NCBI GenBank assembly: GCA_937139485.1
Contig: CAKZQD010000137.1
Span: 1-52,012, forward strand
Direction of reading: 5' to 3'
From: an uncultured Bacteroidota bacterium
Lineage (GTDB): Bacteria > Bacteroidota > Bacteroidia > Chitinophagales > UBA8649
DNA length: 52,012 nucleotides
A program made the position numbers and the translations under genes. Within the stretch, counting starts at the first letter, position 1. Each line of letters starts with the position of its first letter. The notes under the pieces were generated by a model. It searched no databases and was not told the origin of the DNA. It saw nothing but the letters and a program-made list of their open reading frames with translations. Positions 1-9,698 of this stretch are shown one piece after another.

Positions 1-146
1 AATCCCATCAATCCTCCATTTCCTCCTCCATATACCAAATCGTAATCCTGTTCGGCCAAAAGCTTGACTAATTTCTTGGTTTCCTCAACAATTTGAGAAG
101 AATTTCCTGTTCGAGCACCACAAAAGATGCATACTTTTTTACTCAT
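1..146 (-). CDS. LOG family protein (TIGR00730-type), N-terminal fragment; the gene runs off the window
   Basis: My own minus-strand translation from the ATG at 146..144 gives MSKKVCIFCGARTGNSSQIVEETKKLVKLLAEQDYDLVYGGGNGGLMG. It carries the GGGxxGLMG motif typical of LOG proteins. It is absent from the ORF track because it is truncated. Confidence 0.7.
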   Translation of the reverse strand, partial: MSKKVCIFCGARTGNSSQIVEETKKLVKLLAEQDYDLVYGGGNGGLMG

Positions 147-166
147 TTTTTTTTACTTCTAATTAT

Positions 167-922
167 TTAATCAATCTCAACCATCAACGGACAGTGATCG
201 CTGTGCACCGCTTCCGATAAAATAACTGCTCTTTTCAGTCTATCTTCTAAAGTTTTGCTTACCATGTGATAATCTATCCTCCAGCCTAAGTTTTTGCCTC
301 GAGCTCCAAATCTATAAGTCCACCAAGTATATTGATCTGGACCATCGTTGAAATAGCGGAAAGAATCTATAAATCCTGAATCTATAAACTGAGTCACCCA
401 CTCTCTTTCTTCTGGTAAAAATCCTGATGCATTTTTAAGTCCTTTCGGATTGTGAATATCTATGGCTTCATGACAAATATTATAATCTCCAACAACAATA
501 ATATTTTTATCTTGTTTAGATTTTATAAAATCGAAATAATTATCTAAAAACTCATACTTAAAAGCCTGTCGTATTTCACCAGAACTTCCAGAAGGAAAGT
601 AGGTATTTATTAATGTAAAATCTTTAAATTCTAACTGCAATGTTCTTCCTTCAAAATCTGACTTTTCATTATTCTGACCTTGAATAATATTTATAGGATC
701 TATTTTTGTAAATACAGCAACACCGCTGTATCCTTTTTTCTGAGCACTAAACCAATATGCTTTATAACCAAGTGCTTCAATTTCTGAAATATCTACTTGT
801 TCTGGTTGTGCTTTTGTTTCTTGTATACAAACAATATCAAAATCATTTTCAGATAACCAATCTGCAAAACCCTTTTTTAATGCAGCTCGAATACCATTTA
901 CATTATAACTGATTATTTTCAT
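167..922 (-). CDS. xth: Exodeoxyribonuclease III (AP endonuclease, EEP fold)
   Basis: 251 aa. N-terminus is MKIISYNVNGIRA...DIVCIQETK and C-terminus is SDHCP, the typical Xth/ExoIII pattern. Confidence 0.9.
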   Translation of the reverse strand: MKIISYNVNGIRAALKKGFADWLSENDFDIVCIQETKAQPEQVDISEIEALGYKAYWFSAQKKGYSGVAVFTKIDPINIIQGQNNEKSDFEGRTLQLEFKDFTLINTYFPSGSSGEIRQAFKYEFLDNYFDFIKSKQDKNIIVVGDYNICHEAIDIHNPKGLKNASGFLPEEREWVTQFIDSGFIDSFRYFNDGPDQYTWWTYRFGARGKNLGWRIDYHMVSKTLEDRLKRAVILSEAVHSDHCPLMVEID

Positions 923-927
923 TAAAA

Positions 928-2055
928 TTAAAAATTATATTTTAAACCAATCATAAAAGCAAAAGCATTATAATTATCTCTAAAAGTTAATTGTTCATAA
1001 GCTTTATCTCTATTGTAATTTGGATTTGCAGTTCCATCAGGATTTTTAGTTTCAAATGAACTATTACTAGATTCAGTTATTTCATTTAAGTAATCTGTAG
1101 TTAATAATATTTCAGGAATATCTGCTTCGGTAAATTCAGATTGAATAAAATCAATTCCAGCACCATCTAACAATTCTTGGTTGTTAACTATACCTTTCAG
1201 TGCATCACTGTTTACTGTAGAATAAAATTTATTTATCTTGGTTTGCTTTGCTTTTACGGTTAACATTTGCATTTCCATTTCAGCAAATATTTTAAGCTTA
1301 CCATCTAATACATTTTTAAATTTATATTCAGCACCAAGTCTTGCCATAAAACCTATAGAAAAAGAACCAGAAGTTACAGCTTCAATATCTGTTTTAGTTG
1401 GTACTCTATTTTGAATATTTAAACCACCTTCTGTATTTATATATTCTATAAGTCTTGCGGTTTTAATAACAGTTTCTGGATCTATAACTGGCATCAAATC
1501 TCTAAAAGAATCGCCAGTTTCATCTTCTATGCTCAATTTAACGCTTGTTCCACCAGCTAATGGCATCAATATACCAAATTTAGCATAAGGACGTATTAAA
1601 AGGCTCTCATTTGCATATACACCAAACATTGGAGTAATTCTAAACATAGATGTCTGAGATTTTTGCGTTGCATGATATATAACCTTATCACTTTTTGTTC
1701 TTCTATTTACATAAGCGTCATCAAAACCAAGTGTATATAAATAATTAAAATCTACTTCAAAAGAAAAATTCTGTGTAATCATAAAACCATATCCCAAAGA
1801 AAAATTTAATCCAGCTCCTCTAGATCCAAAAGAATTTTTTTCTGAATAACTTATAACATCTCCAGTTGAAGTTTCTTCGGTATTTATATAGGTTTTTCCA
1901 ACCTCACTTCTAGGAGATCCTATTTGACTAGAAACCACAGGAATACTATATCCTGTTCTAAAAGAAATAAAGTGTTTAGAAAATGTTGCTTTTTCTTGTG
2001 CAGACAATGCAAAAGAAATAATTGTAAAAAGTGTAATAAAGTAAAATTTAGTCAT
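928..2055 (-). CDS. Outer-membrane beta-barrel protein of unknown function
   Basis: Signal peptide MTKFYFITLFTIISFALSAQE. Alternating aromatic/hydrophobic strands and a C-terminal ...GLKYNF ending in Phe, as in OMP barrels. Confidence 0.5.
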   Translation of the reverse strand: MTKFYFITLFTIISFALSAQEKATFSKHFISFRTGYSIPVVSSQIGSPRSEVGKTYINTEETSTGDVISYSEKNSFGSRGAGLNFSLGYGFMITQNFSFEVDFNYLYTLGFDDAYVNRRTKSDKVIYHATQKSQTSMFRITPMFGVYANESLLIRPYAKFGILMPLAGGTSVKLSIEDETGDSFRDLMPVIDPETVIKTARLIEYINTEGGLNIQNRVPTKTDIEAVTSGSFSIGFMARLGAEYKFKNVLDGKLKIFAEMEMQMLTVKAKQTKINKFYSTVNSDALKGIVNNQELLDGAGIDFIQSEFTEADIPEILLTTDYLNEITESSNSSFETKNPDGTANPNYNRDKAYEQLTFRDNYNAFAFMIGLKYNF

Positions 2056-2066
2056 AATGTTTTTTT

Positions 2067-2879
2067 TTAATAAAATTTATAATTTCCAAACGAATCTATA
2101 TTTATGTTTCTAATTCGTTTATTGTTTGTAAAGTAATAGTATTCGCTTTTTAGGTTTTCCCAAAAAGTAATATGTTCTGGATATTCTTTATAAAAAATAT
2201 ATTCTGTAAGTTTATTAAATTTAAAAGGATAAAGATGAATAGGTATGTTTTGCTGACCTTGATTTTTTGCATGAGCACTTATTAAATAAATTTCTTCCAT
2301 AATATCATCTGTCATTGGCAAACAACCTACAGTTACACATGAGCCATGAATATAAATATCTCCACCCAAATCTGAGGCAGTAGAATTTAATCTATCAGAA
2401 TTATTTGGATAACTTATTCCTAAAGATAAATGAAAATCACTACTTGGATTAAAAACATTAATATTATAAAATCCTTCTGGAACTTGTTTGTCTCCTTGAA
2501 TTCTTTTAGGGCCAAAATCTCCAGATTTTTTACAAACATCATAAACCTTAAATATTCTGTAGCTACCATTATATTCTTTTATCCAAACTTGTAGTTCGCC
2601 TTCTGCTTTGTAAGAAACCAATAAAATATTGCTTGGTGGATAACTAAAACCTTTTTTTTGAAATTCTTGCTTCAAATTATAATCTTTCTCCTCAAAAGCA
2701 TTTTTCACACGTTCAAAAGAAAGCTGATAAGAAAGAAAAGAATCTTGTGCATACATATTTAAATAAAATAAAATAATTAGAAGAGAAATAAACAATTTTC
2801 TATGGTTATTTATTGTATTTATTATTTTAAAGAAAAAGTTATCATTATTAGCGCTGTTAATTAGGGTATAAGTATTCAA
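2067..2879 (-). CDS. L,D-transpeptidase (YkuD/YafK-like) family protein
   Basis: Catalytic-site-like motif IYIHGSCVTVGCLPM (His ... Gly-Cys). Hydrophobic N-terminal anchor. Confidence 0.55.
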   Translation of the reverse strand: MNTYTLINSANNDNFFFKIINTINNHRKLFISLLIILFYLNMYAQDSFLSYQLSFERVKNAFEEKDYNLKQEFQKKGFSYPPSNILLVSYKAEGELQVWIKEYNGSYRIFKVYDVCKKSGDFGPKRIQGDKQVPEGFYNINVFNPSSDFHLSLGISYPNNSDRLNSTASDLGGDIYIHGSCVTVGCLPMTDDIMEEIYLISAHAKNQGQQNIPIHLYPFKFNKLTEYIFYKEYPEHITFWENLKSEYYYFTNNKRIRNINIDSFGNYKFY

Positions 2880-2914
2880 TTTTTGTTTCTTTTTAAGTAA
2901 TTTAATAGTTTATC

Positions 2915-3144
2915 AACGCTTATTAACAATTCAATAACAGTCTTGAAGCTTAATTATACTCAATTTATTGACTTTTAAACATTTCGTTCATTATTTTACT
3001 TGCTAATAACTTTTTCTGTTTTGAAATAGAATAAAATGTTATTAAAATCGACTTAATGAACAATGCATTTAAATGTGTTTTACTCTGTAAAATTTTTATA
3101 AAAGTAATTTTTATTTGTTACTAATTTATAAACGCTTATTAACA
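2915..3144. repeat. Exact 14-nt direct repeat AACGCTTATTAACA (2915..2928 and 3131..3144) in the 370-nt region upstream of the L,D-transpeptidase gene
   Basis: Both copies are preceded by TTTAT/TTTATA. The second copy runs into the hairpin TAACATGT-TTCC-ACATGTTA (3140..3159). Confidence 0.5.
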
Positions 3145-3202
3145 TGTTTCCACATGTTATTTGTGAATTACTTAAAACTGTTCTTTTTATTAAGTTTTGT
3201 CA

Positions 3203-3235
3203 TAAAAAAAAGCAGTTTTATTATAAAACTGCTTT
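3203..3235 (-). terminator. Rho-independent terminator of the protease gene
   Basis: On the minus strand: AAAGCAGTTTT-ATAAT-AAAACTGCTTT followed by a T-run (the A-run 3204..3210 on plus). It sits 15 nt past the stop codon. Confidence 0.7.
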
Positions 3236-3250
3236 AACATTTAAAAATAT

Positions 3251-5695
3251 TTACTTTACTATTAGCTTTCTTACTGTTTTATTATTTTCATTTTGCAAGC
3301 TTAAATAATAAATACCTTTATCAAATTTAGAAACATCTATTTGTGTTTTACTTTGTTTTAATGTGTCACTAAAAACCAACTTGCCAATATTATTATAAAA
3401 TTTAATTTTTGTTTGTTTATAAATATCAGTATTTAAAATAAAAGAATTAAGACTTGGATTTGGATAAATAGAAAGATTAAAAATATCATTATCTAAAGTA
3501 TTTATTGCAACAGTGTTTTTAGTAATAGTTATATTTTTAGTAATAAAATCACAAGCTGTATCATTTGAAATAGTTAAAGTTATTGGAAAATTTCCTACAG
3601 AATTAAATGAAGTATTAAAAATAATATTTGTTTCAGAAGTATTTGTTGCATTAGGAGCAAACCATTCAAAATTTTGAGGATTTCCAGAACTATTACTTAA
3701 TAAGTTAAAATTTATATCAGCCATTTTATCTGGAACTAAAAAATCTGCTTTTAAACCATTTGCTTGAGAATGAAAATTTGTAATTTCTTCGCTGCCAAAT
3801 GCATCATTATTAACTATTTCATTTCCATCAATAGAAACTGAATAAAAACCATCGTCTACAAAAAATGTTGATGTTAATCCATCTCCACCAGAATCTTTCA
3901 TTTTAAAATAATAATCGCCAAATGCTAAGCAATAATTAAAGGTGTGCGATGTATTGTCTCCAAAATTACTTTCTGAATAAAGAAGATCATTACCGCTTGT
4001 ATATATTTCAAAACTAGTTTCTTGCTCTTCAAAGTTTGTATTAACTATTACTTCTATATCACTACCATTTATTACTTCAAAAGAAAAATTATCAGTATTG
4101 TTACATGTATTGTCATCTATACTAGCATTATAAGAACTTATAGATAAATTATAATTATAAAAACCTTTACATAAAATAAGTTTATCTAAACTTATTGTTT
4201 CAGATTGTCCAGTTGTTAAATTACCTGTCCAATTATATGTTTGTATATTATTATCTAAACCATATTCAAAACTGATAGAAGTTGCAGTATTAGTACCAAG
4301 ATTAGACAATAAAATTTCTTGTTTAATATTAGCTCCACAATTTACTGCATCAGGTTTATTCAAAAAAGAAATTACTACATCATCAGAAGTAATGGTAGAA
4401 CCTTCAATACCATCTAAACTTGTTGGGTTTAAATTTAAAGGATCTAACCAGTCGCTTAAACCTAAATTCCAAGAAACATCTATTTTACCATAGTAATCAT
4501 TTATATTGTTATTACAATTTGCAGATCCACCATATAACTGACCAATAATTCTTTTATTTTCATCAAACAAAGGAGAACCAGAAGAACCAGGTTCTGTAGT
4601 ACCATCTTCCCAATTTGATATACGCCAAGTAGCTGCACCACTATATGTTGCAGAAGATGCAGGGTTATTATCAAAACTAATTTTTTTTAAATCACCTCTT
4701 GGGTGGTGTATTCCTACTTGCGAACTTGGGTTATTTCCAGAAATATCCCAGCCTGCAAAAAAAACATTAAAACTAGCTGGTGGTATTTGAGTTAATTCAA
4801 GCAAAGCAAAATCTGAAGAACCACTACTAGCTCTTAGTGCCAATACATTTATACTTTGAAAATTTATATTTTGATAACCACTATTTGTTAAACAATCTGT
4901 ACTTTCCCAATTAAAACCAATATTCCAAGTTGTAACATCACTACCAGTACAATGGTCTGCAGTTAAAAAATATGGTTTTTTGTCTTCACAAGTATTATTT
5001 ACTAGTGCACCTGTACAATTTCCGTTTCCATTTACAATTATAATTCCTACAGATCTTATTTGATCTCTCCAGTTATCTCCAACTGCACAAATTACATTAT
5101 TATTACAATCACCAGATTCATCAACAGCTTTTGTAGATATTTTTAAAGATCTATAAGCGTGTGTAACTCGTGTAATATCAAATGTAGAAATATTTTTTAC
5201 TGCCACAGGTTCATAAAACTCTAAAGTAATTTTTTCGCCTCTTAGTGGCATAGTAGAAAGATTATGATGTTGTCTATTATTTTTTTCGGTAAAACTACCT
5301 ATTACTACACTTTTATCTTCGTTGTAAAAAAATAGAGAAGCACCAGAAGCAAGATTAAAATTTTCTAATAAAAAGTTAAGCGATTGAGCATTTTCAGAAT
5401 AAAAACTTGCTCTCCATATTCTATCTCCATTTTGTAGTTGAAACCATTCGCCAGTATTATGTACATTATAGTTTACATAAAAGTTAAAACCAAAGCGAAA
5501 AGGAATATCTTTCTGTAAATCAAAAATGGCATCTTCTGCTGCCAGTTTGTTCAAATCAATTTCTGGAAAAGAAACAGCTGCAGATAATGAAGGTAATTTA
5601 TGCATAGAACTATAAGGTATACCACCTTGCTGTACTTGTGCTACTAAAAATTGATAGTTTAATAAAGTAAAAAGTATAAAGTAAATTTTTTTCAT
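3251..5695 (-). CDS. Secreted trypsin-fold (S1) serine endopeptidase, lysyl-endopeptidase-like, with a T9SS C-terminal sorting domain
   Basis: His motif LTADHC and Ser motif GSSGSPLF. C-terminus is IYPNPSLNSFILN...GIYYLSLQNENNKTVRKLIVK, typical of T9SS type A CTDs. The likely start is MKKIYFILF at 5695; the ORF track extends to 5728. Confidence 0.75.
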   Translation of the reverse strand: MKKIYFILFTLLNYQFLVAQVQQGGIPYSSMHKLPSLSAAVSFPEIDLNKLAAEDAIFDLQKDIPFRFGFNFYVNYNVHNTGEWFQLQNGDRIWRASFYSENAQSLNFLLENFNLASGASLFFYNEDKSVVIGSFTEKNNRQHHNLSTMPLRGEKITLEFYEPVAVKNISTFDITRVTHAYRSLKISTKAVDESGDCNNNVICAVGDNWRDQIRSVGIIIVNGNGNCTGALVNNTCEDKKPYFLTADHCTGSDVTTWNIGFNWESTDCLTNSGYQNINFQSINVLALRASSGSSDFALLELTQIPPASFNVFFAGWDISGNNPSSQVGIHHPRGDLKKISFDNNPASSATYSGAATWRISNWEDGTTEPGSSGSPLFDENKRIIGQLYGGSANCNNNINDYYGKIDVSWNLGLSDWLDPLNLNPTSLDGIEGSTITSDDVVISFLNKPDAVNCGANIKQEILLSNLGTNTATSISFEYGLDNNIQTYNWTGNLTTGQSETISLDKLILCKGFYNYNLSISSYNASIDDNTCNNTDNFSFEVINGSDIEVIVNTNFEEQETSFEIYTSGNDLLYSESNFGDNTSHTFNYCLAFGDYYFKMKDSGGDGLTSTFFVDDGFYSVSIDGNEIVNNDAFGSEEITNFHSQANGLKADFLVPDKMADINFNLLSNSSGNPQNFEWFAPNATNTSETNIIFNTSFNSVGNFPITLTISNDTACDFITKNITITKNTVAINTLDNDIFNLSIYPNPSLNSFILNTDIYKQTKIKFYNNIGKLVFSDTLKQSKTQIDVSKFDKGIYYLSLQNENNKTVRKLIVK

Positions 5696-5799
5696 TGAAT
5701 TTGTTTTAATACTTGCGAAATTAATCATTTTAATAGTTATGCTTAAATTTACAGAAAAAGCTAGCTAAACATTAGGCAAACAAAAACTATAAATCTTAC

Positions 5800-5807
5800 T
5801 ATGTTTG
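5800..5807 (+). promoter_or_regulatory. Candidate Bacteroidota -7 promoter box (TAnnTTTG) for glpD
   Basis: TATGTTTG lies 20 nt upstream of the ATG at 5827. Confidence 0.3.
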
Positions 5808-5826
5808 CATCGAAAAATAAAATAAG

Positions 5827-7482
5827 ATGTTTTCTGTACTAAATAGAAAAGAAGAAATACAAAAATTAAAAAATACACCACTCGATTTAATAATAATTGG
5901 TGGCGGAATTACAGGTGCTGGTATTGCCTTAGATGCTGCAAGTAGAGGAATGAAAGTTGCTTTATTAGAAAAAAACGATTTCGCATCTGGAACAAGTGGA
6001 AAATCAACCAAATTAATTCATGGAGGTTTAAGATATTTAAAACAATTAGAATTTGGACTAGTAAAAGAAGTTGGGCTAGAAAGAGCCATTGTACATAAAA
6101 ATGCAAAACACTTAGTAATAGCAGAACAAATGATGTTGCCTATTATAAAAAATGGTTCTTTAAATAAATTTTTTACCAATATAGCGCTTATGGTTTATGA
6201 TTTTTTGGCTGGCGTAGCAAAATCTGAAACAAGAAGAATGCTTACTAAACCAGAAACCATAAAAGAAGAACCACTTTTACATGCAAGAGGAAAAAACTTA
6301 ATAGCTGGTGCATTATATTACGAATATAGAACAGACGATGCTAGACTAACTATAGAAATAATAAAAAAAGCCCAACAGTTTGGTGCAATGTGTTTCAACT
6401 ATGCTGAAGTAGAATCTTTTATTTATGAAAACGAAAAAGTAAAAGGTGTAAAAGTAAAAGACAATATTATAGATTCAAGCTTTGAAATAAATGCTTCTAC
6501 AATAGTAAATGCTACAGGCCCTTGGACAGATGTACTTAGAAATGCCGACAAATCATTAGAAGGAAAACGCTTACTTTTAACAAAAGGCGTACATATAGTT
6601 TTTGATAATAATAAGTTTCCAATAAAACATTCTATTTATTTCGACATGCCAGATAAACGCATGATTTTTGCCATAAGTAGAAACAATAAAACTTATGTAG
6701 GAACCACAGATACTGTTTATAATAAAGAAATTTCAAATCCTCAAGTAAATTTAGAAGATGTTGAATATTTATTAAATGGTGTAAATAAAATGTTTCCAAG
6801 CATAAAATTAAATAAAAAACATATAGAAAGTAGCTGGGCAGGTTTAAGACCGCTTATTTATGAAGATGGAAAAGCAGCAAGCGAAGTTTCTAGAAAAGAT
6901 GAAATTTTTATTTCACCAAGTAATTTAATATCTATAGCCGGAGGCAAGTTAACAGGCTATAGAAAAATGGCAGAAAAAACAGTAGATTTAGTAAGGCTAA
7001 AACTTAAAGAAGAAAATAAAATATTTTCGGAATGTAAAACAGAAAACATAAAAATAGCAGGAGCAGACTTTAATAATAATGAAGAAATAACAGATTTAAT
7101 TATTCAACTTACCGGCGAAGCAAAACAAGTAAATATTGGATTAGAAAACATAAAAGAATGGGTTTATAGATATGGAACCAATGCAAAAATTCTTTTAGAA
7201 ATAGCCTACAATAACTTTAGATATGTAGAAAAAGACGTAGAAAAATTAATTATTTTAACAGAACTTATTTATGTAATTGAAAATGAATCTGTAGCTACAA
7301 TTGCAGATTTTTATATTCGCAGAACATCAAAACTATATTTTGATAGAAAAAACATAGAAAAACATTTAGATTTTATATGTTTAGAATTATCTGCAAGATT
7401 AAAACTTAATAAAGAAAAAACAGAAAATCAGAAAGAAACATTTTTAGCTTATTATAATGAGTCGTTAAATTTCATAAATTAA
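5827..7482 (+). CDS. glpD: FAD-dependent glycerol-3-phosphate dehydrogenase
   Basis: 551 aa. Dinucleotide-binding motif DLIIIGGGITGAGIALDAASRG followed by SGTSGKSTKLIHGGLRYL, characteristic of GlpD. Confidence 0.85.
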   Translation: MFSVLNRKEEIQKLKNTPLDLIIIGGGITGAGIALDAASRGMKVALLEKNDFASGTSGKSTKLIHGGLRYLKQLEFGLVKEVGLERAIVHKNAKHLVIAEQMMLPIIKNGSLNKFFTNIALMVYDFLAGVAKSETRRMLTKPETIKEEPLLHARGKNLIAGALYYEYRTDDARLTIEIIKKAQQFGAMCFNYAEVESFIYENEKVKGVKVKDNIIDSSFEINASTIVNATGPWTDVLRNADKSLEGKRLLLTKGVHIVFDNNKFPIKHSIYFDMPDKRMIFAISRNNKTYVGTTDTVYNKEISNPQVNLEDVEYLLNGVNKMFPSIKLNKKHIESSWAGLRPLIYEDGKAASEVSRKDEIFISPSNLISIAGGKLTGYRKMAEKTVDLVRLKLKEENKIFSECKTENIKIAGADFNNNEEITDLIIQLTGEAKQVNIGLENIKEWVYRYGTNAKILLEIAYNNFRYVEKDVEKLIILTELIYVIENESVATIADFYIRRTSKLYFDRKNIEKHLDFICLELSARLKLNKEKTENQKETFLAYYNESLNFIN

Positions 7483-7490
7483 AAATAAAT

Positions 7491-9689
7491 ATGATAAAAA
7501 AACCACAAGAAGGATTAAAAGGAATTATAGAAAATTGGCAGAGTGATTTATTAGCTGCAATATCAGTTTCATTAGTTGCACTTCCTCTTGGTTTAGGAAT
7601 TGCACTTGCATGTGGAATATCTCCAATTGCAGGAGTTTATACAGCTATTATTGGTGGTATAGTTACTACTATTTTTAGAAATAGTCATGTATCTATAAAT
7701 GGTCCATCGGCGGGTATTATTGCTGTTGTACTTGCGGGCGTTGCTATAATGGAAGACGGTTCTGGCAATGCTATAAATTATGTATTTGCTGCCATTGTTG
7801 TTTCTGGTGCTATTCAAATAATTTTAGGATTACTAAAATTAGGAATACTTGCAGATATATTTCATACAAGTGTAGTAAATGGTTTATTGGCTGCTATTGG
7901 TGTAATTATTTTTGCAAAACAAATTCATTATGTTTTAGGCACTACAACAGAAACAACTACCATAATTGGTAATATTTTAGATGCAATAAAACAAATTCCA
8001 AACCTTAATCCTTTTGTATTTATTATAGCTTTGGTAGGTTTTGTTTTATTAATTTTTCATTCAAAAATAAGTTATAAGTTTTTTCATTTTTTACCAGCTC
8101 CACTTTGGGTTTTAATTTTATCTATTCCATTTGTATATTTATTCAACTATTTCGAAGCACACAATTATCAACTTTTTGGTAAAACATTTTCTGTAGGACC
8201 AGAATTATTAATCAATATACCAAATAATGTTTTAGATGCCATTATTTTTCCAAAATTTGATGCAATAAAAACTTCAGGTTTTTGGACAACCGTATTTTCA
8301 ATTACATTAATTTCTAGTATAGAATCTTTAGCAAGTGCAAAAGCTGTAGACAATTTAGATCCTTACAAAAGAAAAACAAATTTAAACAAAGAACTTTCTG
8401 CAATAGGAATAGCAACAATGGTTTCTGGAGCCATTGGTGGTTTGCCTGTAATAAGTGTAATAGTAAGATCTACGGTAAACGTACACAACCATGCAAAAAC
8501 AAAATGGTCAAACTTTTATCACGGCGTTTTATTACTTGTGTTTATATTTTTATTGGCACCAGTTATTCAAAAAATTCCTTTAGTTGCTTTGGCAACATTA
8601 CTAGTTTTTACTGGGTATAAATTGGCTTCACCAAAAGTTTTTCAGCATGTAAGAGAACAAGGAATAGAACAATTTATAATTTTTACTGCAACGCTATTAA
8701 TTACACTATTTACAGATTTATTAATAGGAATATTTGGTGGTTTACTGGTAGCTTTATTTATACATTATTTTATGTTAAATATTTCTATAGGAGAATTTTT
8801 TGGGCTAATATTTAAATCTGGAACTAGCTTAGAACAAAAAAATGAAAACGATTATGAACTAAAAGTAAAAGGAATAGCAAATTTTTTGGCAACATTAAAA
8901 ATAATGAAATTACTAGGAAGTGTTCCTGATGAAAAAAACATAGTAATAGATTTTAGAGAATGTAGACTTTTAGATTTTTCTTTACAAGAAGATATTCAAA
9001 TTTTTAAAGACAGCTATAAAAGAAGAGGCGGAACCGTAAAATATAAAGGACTCGAAACACATTTTTCTTCAAACGAACACCGTTTTGGATTAAAATATTT
9101 AAATAATGTAAAAGTTACCAGAACCAGTAGAACAAAAACAATTTTAAAACTAGCAGAAGAAAAAGCCTGGGGATTTAAAAATTTGTGTTATGAAAAATTA
9201 GACTTCTTAGAAACTTTTTATTTTTTCCAAACCAAACATATTTCAAATAGAAGAAATGTAGTTTCTTGCCACAATAATGCCTGGGAAATATTTGACGTTA
9301 AATTTGAAGAAGGCGCATATTTGGCAATGGAAGAATACAGAACCACTTTAGGATTAATAAATTGCAATCATAAAATTCCAAAATTTACTTTTGAACTAAA
9401 AACTTTTACCGATAAATATTTAAATTGGTCTTCTCATAAAGACATTGATTATGTACTATATGAAAATTTTTCGAACGACTATTTAGTAAAAGTAGAAGAA
9501 AAAGAGGAAATGGATAAGTTTTTGAATGAAGACCTTCGTAATTTAATTTCAAATAGCGATTTTATTCATCACCTAGAAAGTAATGGTGAAGCAGTTTTGG
9601 TGTTTATGGATAAAATAAAACTTGCCGACAAAGAAGATTATAAAAAAATAATAGCTTTTGAAGAAGCATTAAAAGATTTAATAAAATAA
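7491..9689 (+). CDS. SulP-family inorganic anion transporter with a STAS domain and an extra uncharacterised C-terminal region of about 200 aa
   Basis: 732 aa. Multi-TM N-terminal region of about 430 aa with SulP-like segments, then a STAS-like stretch (YELKVKGIANFL...VIDFRECRLLD). Residues from about 535 to 732 carry no motif I recognise. Confidence 0.8.
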   Translation: MIKKPQEGLKGIIENWQSDLLAAISVSLVALPLGLGIALACGISPIAGVYTAIIGGIVTTIFRNSHVSINGPSAGIIAVVLAGVAIMEDGSGNAINYVFAAIVVSGAIQIILGLLKLGILADIFHTSVVNGLLAAIGVIIFAKQIHYVLGTTTETTTIIGNILDAIKQIPNLNPFVFIIALVGFVLLIFHSKISYKFFHFLPAPLWVLILSIPFVYLFNYFEAHNYQLFGKTFSVGPELLINIPNNVLDAIIFPKFDAIKTSGFWTTVFSITLISSIESLASAKAVDNLDPYKRKTNLNKELSAIGIATMVSGAIGGLPVISVIVRSTVNVHNHAKTKWSNFYHGVLLLVFIFLLAPVIQKIPLVALATLLVFTGYKLASPKVFQHVREQGIEQFIIFTATLLITLFTDLLIGIFGGLLVALFIHYFMLNISIGEFFGLIFKSGTSLEQKNENDYELKVKGIANFLATLKIMKLLGSVPDEKNIVIDFRECRLLDFSLQEDIQIFKDSYKRRGGTVKYKGLETHFSSNEHRFGLKYLNNVKVTRTSRTKTILKLAEEKAWGFKNLCYEKLDFLETFYFFQTKHISNRRNVVSCHNNAWEIFDVKFEEGAYLAMEEYRTTLGLINCNHKIPKFTFELKTFTDKYLNWSSHKDIDYVLYENFSNDYLVKVEEKEEMDKFLNEDLRNLISNSDFIHHLESNGEAVLVFMDKIKLADKEDYKKIIAFEEALKDLIK

Positions 9690-9698
9690 TCTACAAAG

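Noticed and set aside
5799-6106. Antisense ORFs inside glpD. The same class includes 7593..7817, 8168..8353, 11876..12154, 13108..13380, 16139..16525, 16929..17117, 18225..18449, 18521..18715, 19893..20111, 20970..21200, 22842..23081, 23197..23445, 24146..24382, 25119..25370, 27175..27474, 30535..31013, 31562..31759, 32875..33063, 33675..34172, 35170..35821, 36272..36505, 37378..37587, 37774..38178, 38366..38557, 39019..39216, 41018..41353, 43388..43615, 44442..44645, 45497..45754, 47053..47271, 47596..47793, 48282..48640
   Set aside because: All are short ORFs overlapping longer, motif-supported genes on the opposite strand or in another frame. Their translations are low-complexity and lack any recognisable motif.
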